Positions 61,850 through 64,000 of a stretch of 64,000 bases of DNA are shown here, piece after piece. Origin of the DNA: Mobula birostris. Lineage: Eukaryota. The position numbers and the translations under genes are program-made. The stretch's first letter is position 1. Every line of letters starts with the position of its first letter. The notes below the pieces were generated by a model. The model was given only the letters and a program-made list of their open reading frames with translations, made no database searches and had not been told where the DNA came from. The stretch spans positions 68,620,125-68,684,124 of the forward strand of contig NC_092382.1 in assembly GCF_030028105.1 (NCBI RefSeq), written 5' to 3'.

Positions 61850-64000
61850 TATAAGACCATAAGGCAAAGGAGCAGAAGTCAGCCATTCGGCCCATCGAGT
61901 CTGCTCCGCCATTTTATCATGAGCTGATCCATTCTCCCATTTAGTCCCAGTCCCCGCCTTCTCACCATAACCTTTGATGCCCTGGCTACTCAGATACCTA
62001 TCAATCTCTGCCTTAAATACATCCAATGACTTGGCCTCCACTGCCGCATGGGGCAACGAATTCCACAGATTCACCACCCTCTGACTAAAAAAATTTCTTC
62101 GCATTTCTGTTCTGAAAGGGCACCCTTCAATCCTTAAGTCATGCCCTCTCGTACTAGACTCCCCCATCATGGGAAACAACTTTGCCACATCCACTCTGTC
62201 CATGCCTTTTAACATTCGAAATGTTTCTGAGGTCTCTCCTCATTCTTCTAAACTCCAAGGAATACAGTCCAAGAGCGGACAAACGTTCCTCATATGTTAA
62301 CCCTCTCATTCCCGGAATCATTCTAGTGAATCTTCTCTGTACCCTCTCCAATGTCAGCACATCCTTTCTTGAATAAGGAGACCAAAGCTGCACATAGTAC
62401 TCCAAATGAGGTCTTCCCCGTGCCTCATACACCCTCAACATCACATCCCTGTTCCTGTACCATATTCCTCTAGAAATGAATGCCAACATTGCATTCGCCT
62501 TCTTCACTACCGACTCAACCTGGAGGTTAACTTTAAGGGTATCCTGTACGAGGACTCCCAACTCCTGTTGCATCTCAGAACTTTGAATTCTTTCCCCATT
62601 TGAATAATAGTCTGCCCGTTTATTTCTTCTGCAAAAGTGCATAACCATACACTTCCCAACACTGTACTTCATTTGCCACTTCTTTGCCCATTCTCCCAAT
62701 CTACGACTCTCTGCAGACTCTCTGTTTCCTCCGCACTACCGGTCCCTCCACCTATCTTTGTATCATCAGTAAACTTAGCCACAAAGCTATCTATTCCATA
62801 ATTCAAATCTTTGATGTACAACGTAAAAAGAAGCAGACCCATCATGGACCACTGTGGAACACCACTGGTAACCGGCAGCCAAGAAGAATGGGATCCCTTT
62901 ATTCCCACTCTCTATTTCCTGCCAATCAGCCAACCTCCATACACGTATGTAACTTTCCTGTAATTCCATGGGCTCTTATCTTGTTAACCAGCCTCATGTG
63001 TGGCACCTTGTCAAAAGCCTTCTGAAACTCTAAAATATCCAACATCCACTGCATCTCCCTTGTCCAGACTACTTGTAATTTCCTCAAAAAATTGCAATAG
63101 GTTTGTCAAACAGGATTTTCCTTTAAGGAAACCACGTTGAGATCTGCCTATCTTTTGATATGCCTCCAGGTACTCCGTAACGTCGTACTTAACAATCGAC
63201 TCCAACAACTTCCCAAGCACTGATGTCAAGCTAACAGGTCTATAATTTCCTTTTTTTGCCTCCTTTCCCCCTTCTTAAATAGCGGAGTGATATTTGTAAT
63301 CTTCCAGTCCTCCTGACCATGTCAGAATCTATTGACTTTTGAAAGATCATTGCTAATATCTCCGCAATCTCCACAGCTACATCCTTCAGAACATGAAGGT
63401 GCATTCCATCTGGTCCGGGAGGTTTGCCTACCTTGAGACTATTCAGCTTCCTGAGTACTTTCTCTGCCGTAATTGTGATGCGCACACTTCTCTTCCCTGC
63501 CACCCTTAAGTGTCCGGTATACTGCTGTCTTCCTCAGTGAAGACTGATGGAAAATACTTGTTCAGTTCGTCTGCCATCTCCTGATCTCCCATTACAATTT
63601 CTCCAGCATCATTTTCTATCGGTCCTATATCTACTCTCACCTGCATTTTACTCTTTATATACTTGAAAAAGCTTTCAGTATCCTCTTTGATATTATTTGT
63701 TAGCCTCCTTTCATTGTTAATCTTTTCCCTCTTAATGACTTCTTAGTTTCCTTTTTTAAGGATTTAAAAACTTCCCAGTCCTCTGTCTTCCCACTAATTT
63801 TTGCTTCCTTGTATGCCCTCTCCTTTGCTTTAACTTTGGCTTTGACTTCTCTTGTCAACCACGATTGCATCCTTTTTCCATTCGAAAATGTCTTCTTTTT
63901 TTGGAATATACCTGTCTTGCACATTCCTCACTTCTCGCATAAACTCCAGCCACTGCTGCTCTGCCGTCTTTCCAGGCAGTGTCCCTTTCCAGTCAACTTT
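61850..64000 (-). mobile_element. CR1 LINE ORF2 (RT) and 3'UTR, continues beyond the right edge
   Basis: KPPGPDG, QRGFLKGKSCLTNL, GVPQWS, KFTDDTK, RPHLEY, TRGH motifs with frameshifts. Confidence 0.95.

Overview
Repeat-dense vertebrate genomic DNA, most likely from a cartilaginous fish (ray or shark). This is an inference from the CR1, Penelope and Rex-Babar repeat complement and the gene families present. There are two assembly gaps (25268-25659, 49059-49191). Host genes: (i) the 5' coding exons of a minus-strand gene encoding a helical death-fold-like N-terminus, probably NLR/NACHT type (635-1966, running off the left edge); (ii) three two-exon GPR139/GPR142-like class A GPCRs, one intact (+, 57952-60148, 321 aa) and two disabled (-, 22785-24487; -, 46508-48084). 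The intact gene and the 46.5-48.1 kb pseudogene sit head-to-head in the arms of an old inverted duplication spanning about 15 kb. The rest is nested transposable elements: many CR1 LINE pieces (one retains an SGNH-esterase ORF1 plus APE-RT ORF2), a 3.2 kb Penelope-like element with a 15-bp TSD and an intact minimal hammerhead ribozyme, a 1.2 kb solo LTR with a 5-bp TSD, Rex1/Babar and RTE fragments, Tc1 and hAT remnants, and microsatellites. The most interesting points are the GPR139-like birth-and-death cluster, the inverted duplication, a 15-nt GT..AG intron remnant read through in frame in the NLR-like gene, and the hammerhead motifs. Repeat boundaries are approximate unless a TSD is quoted.
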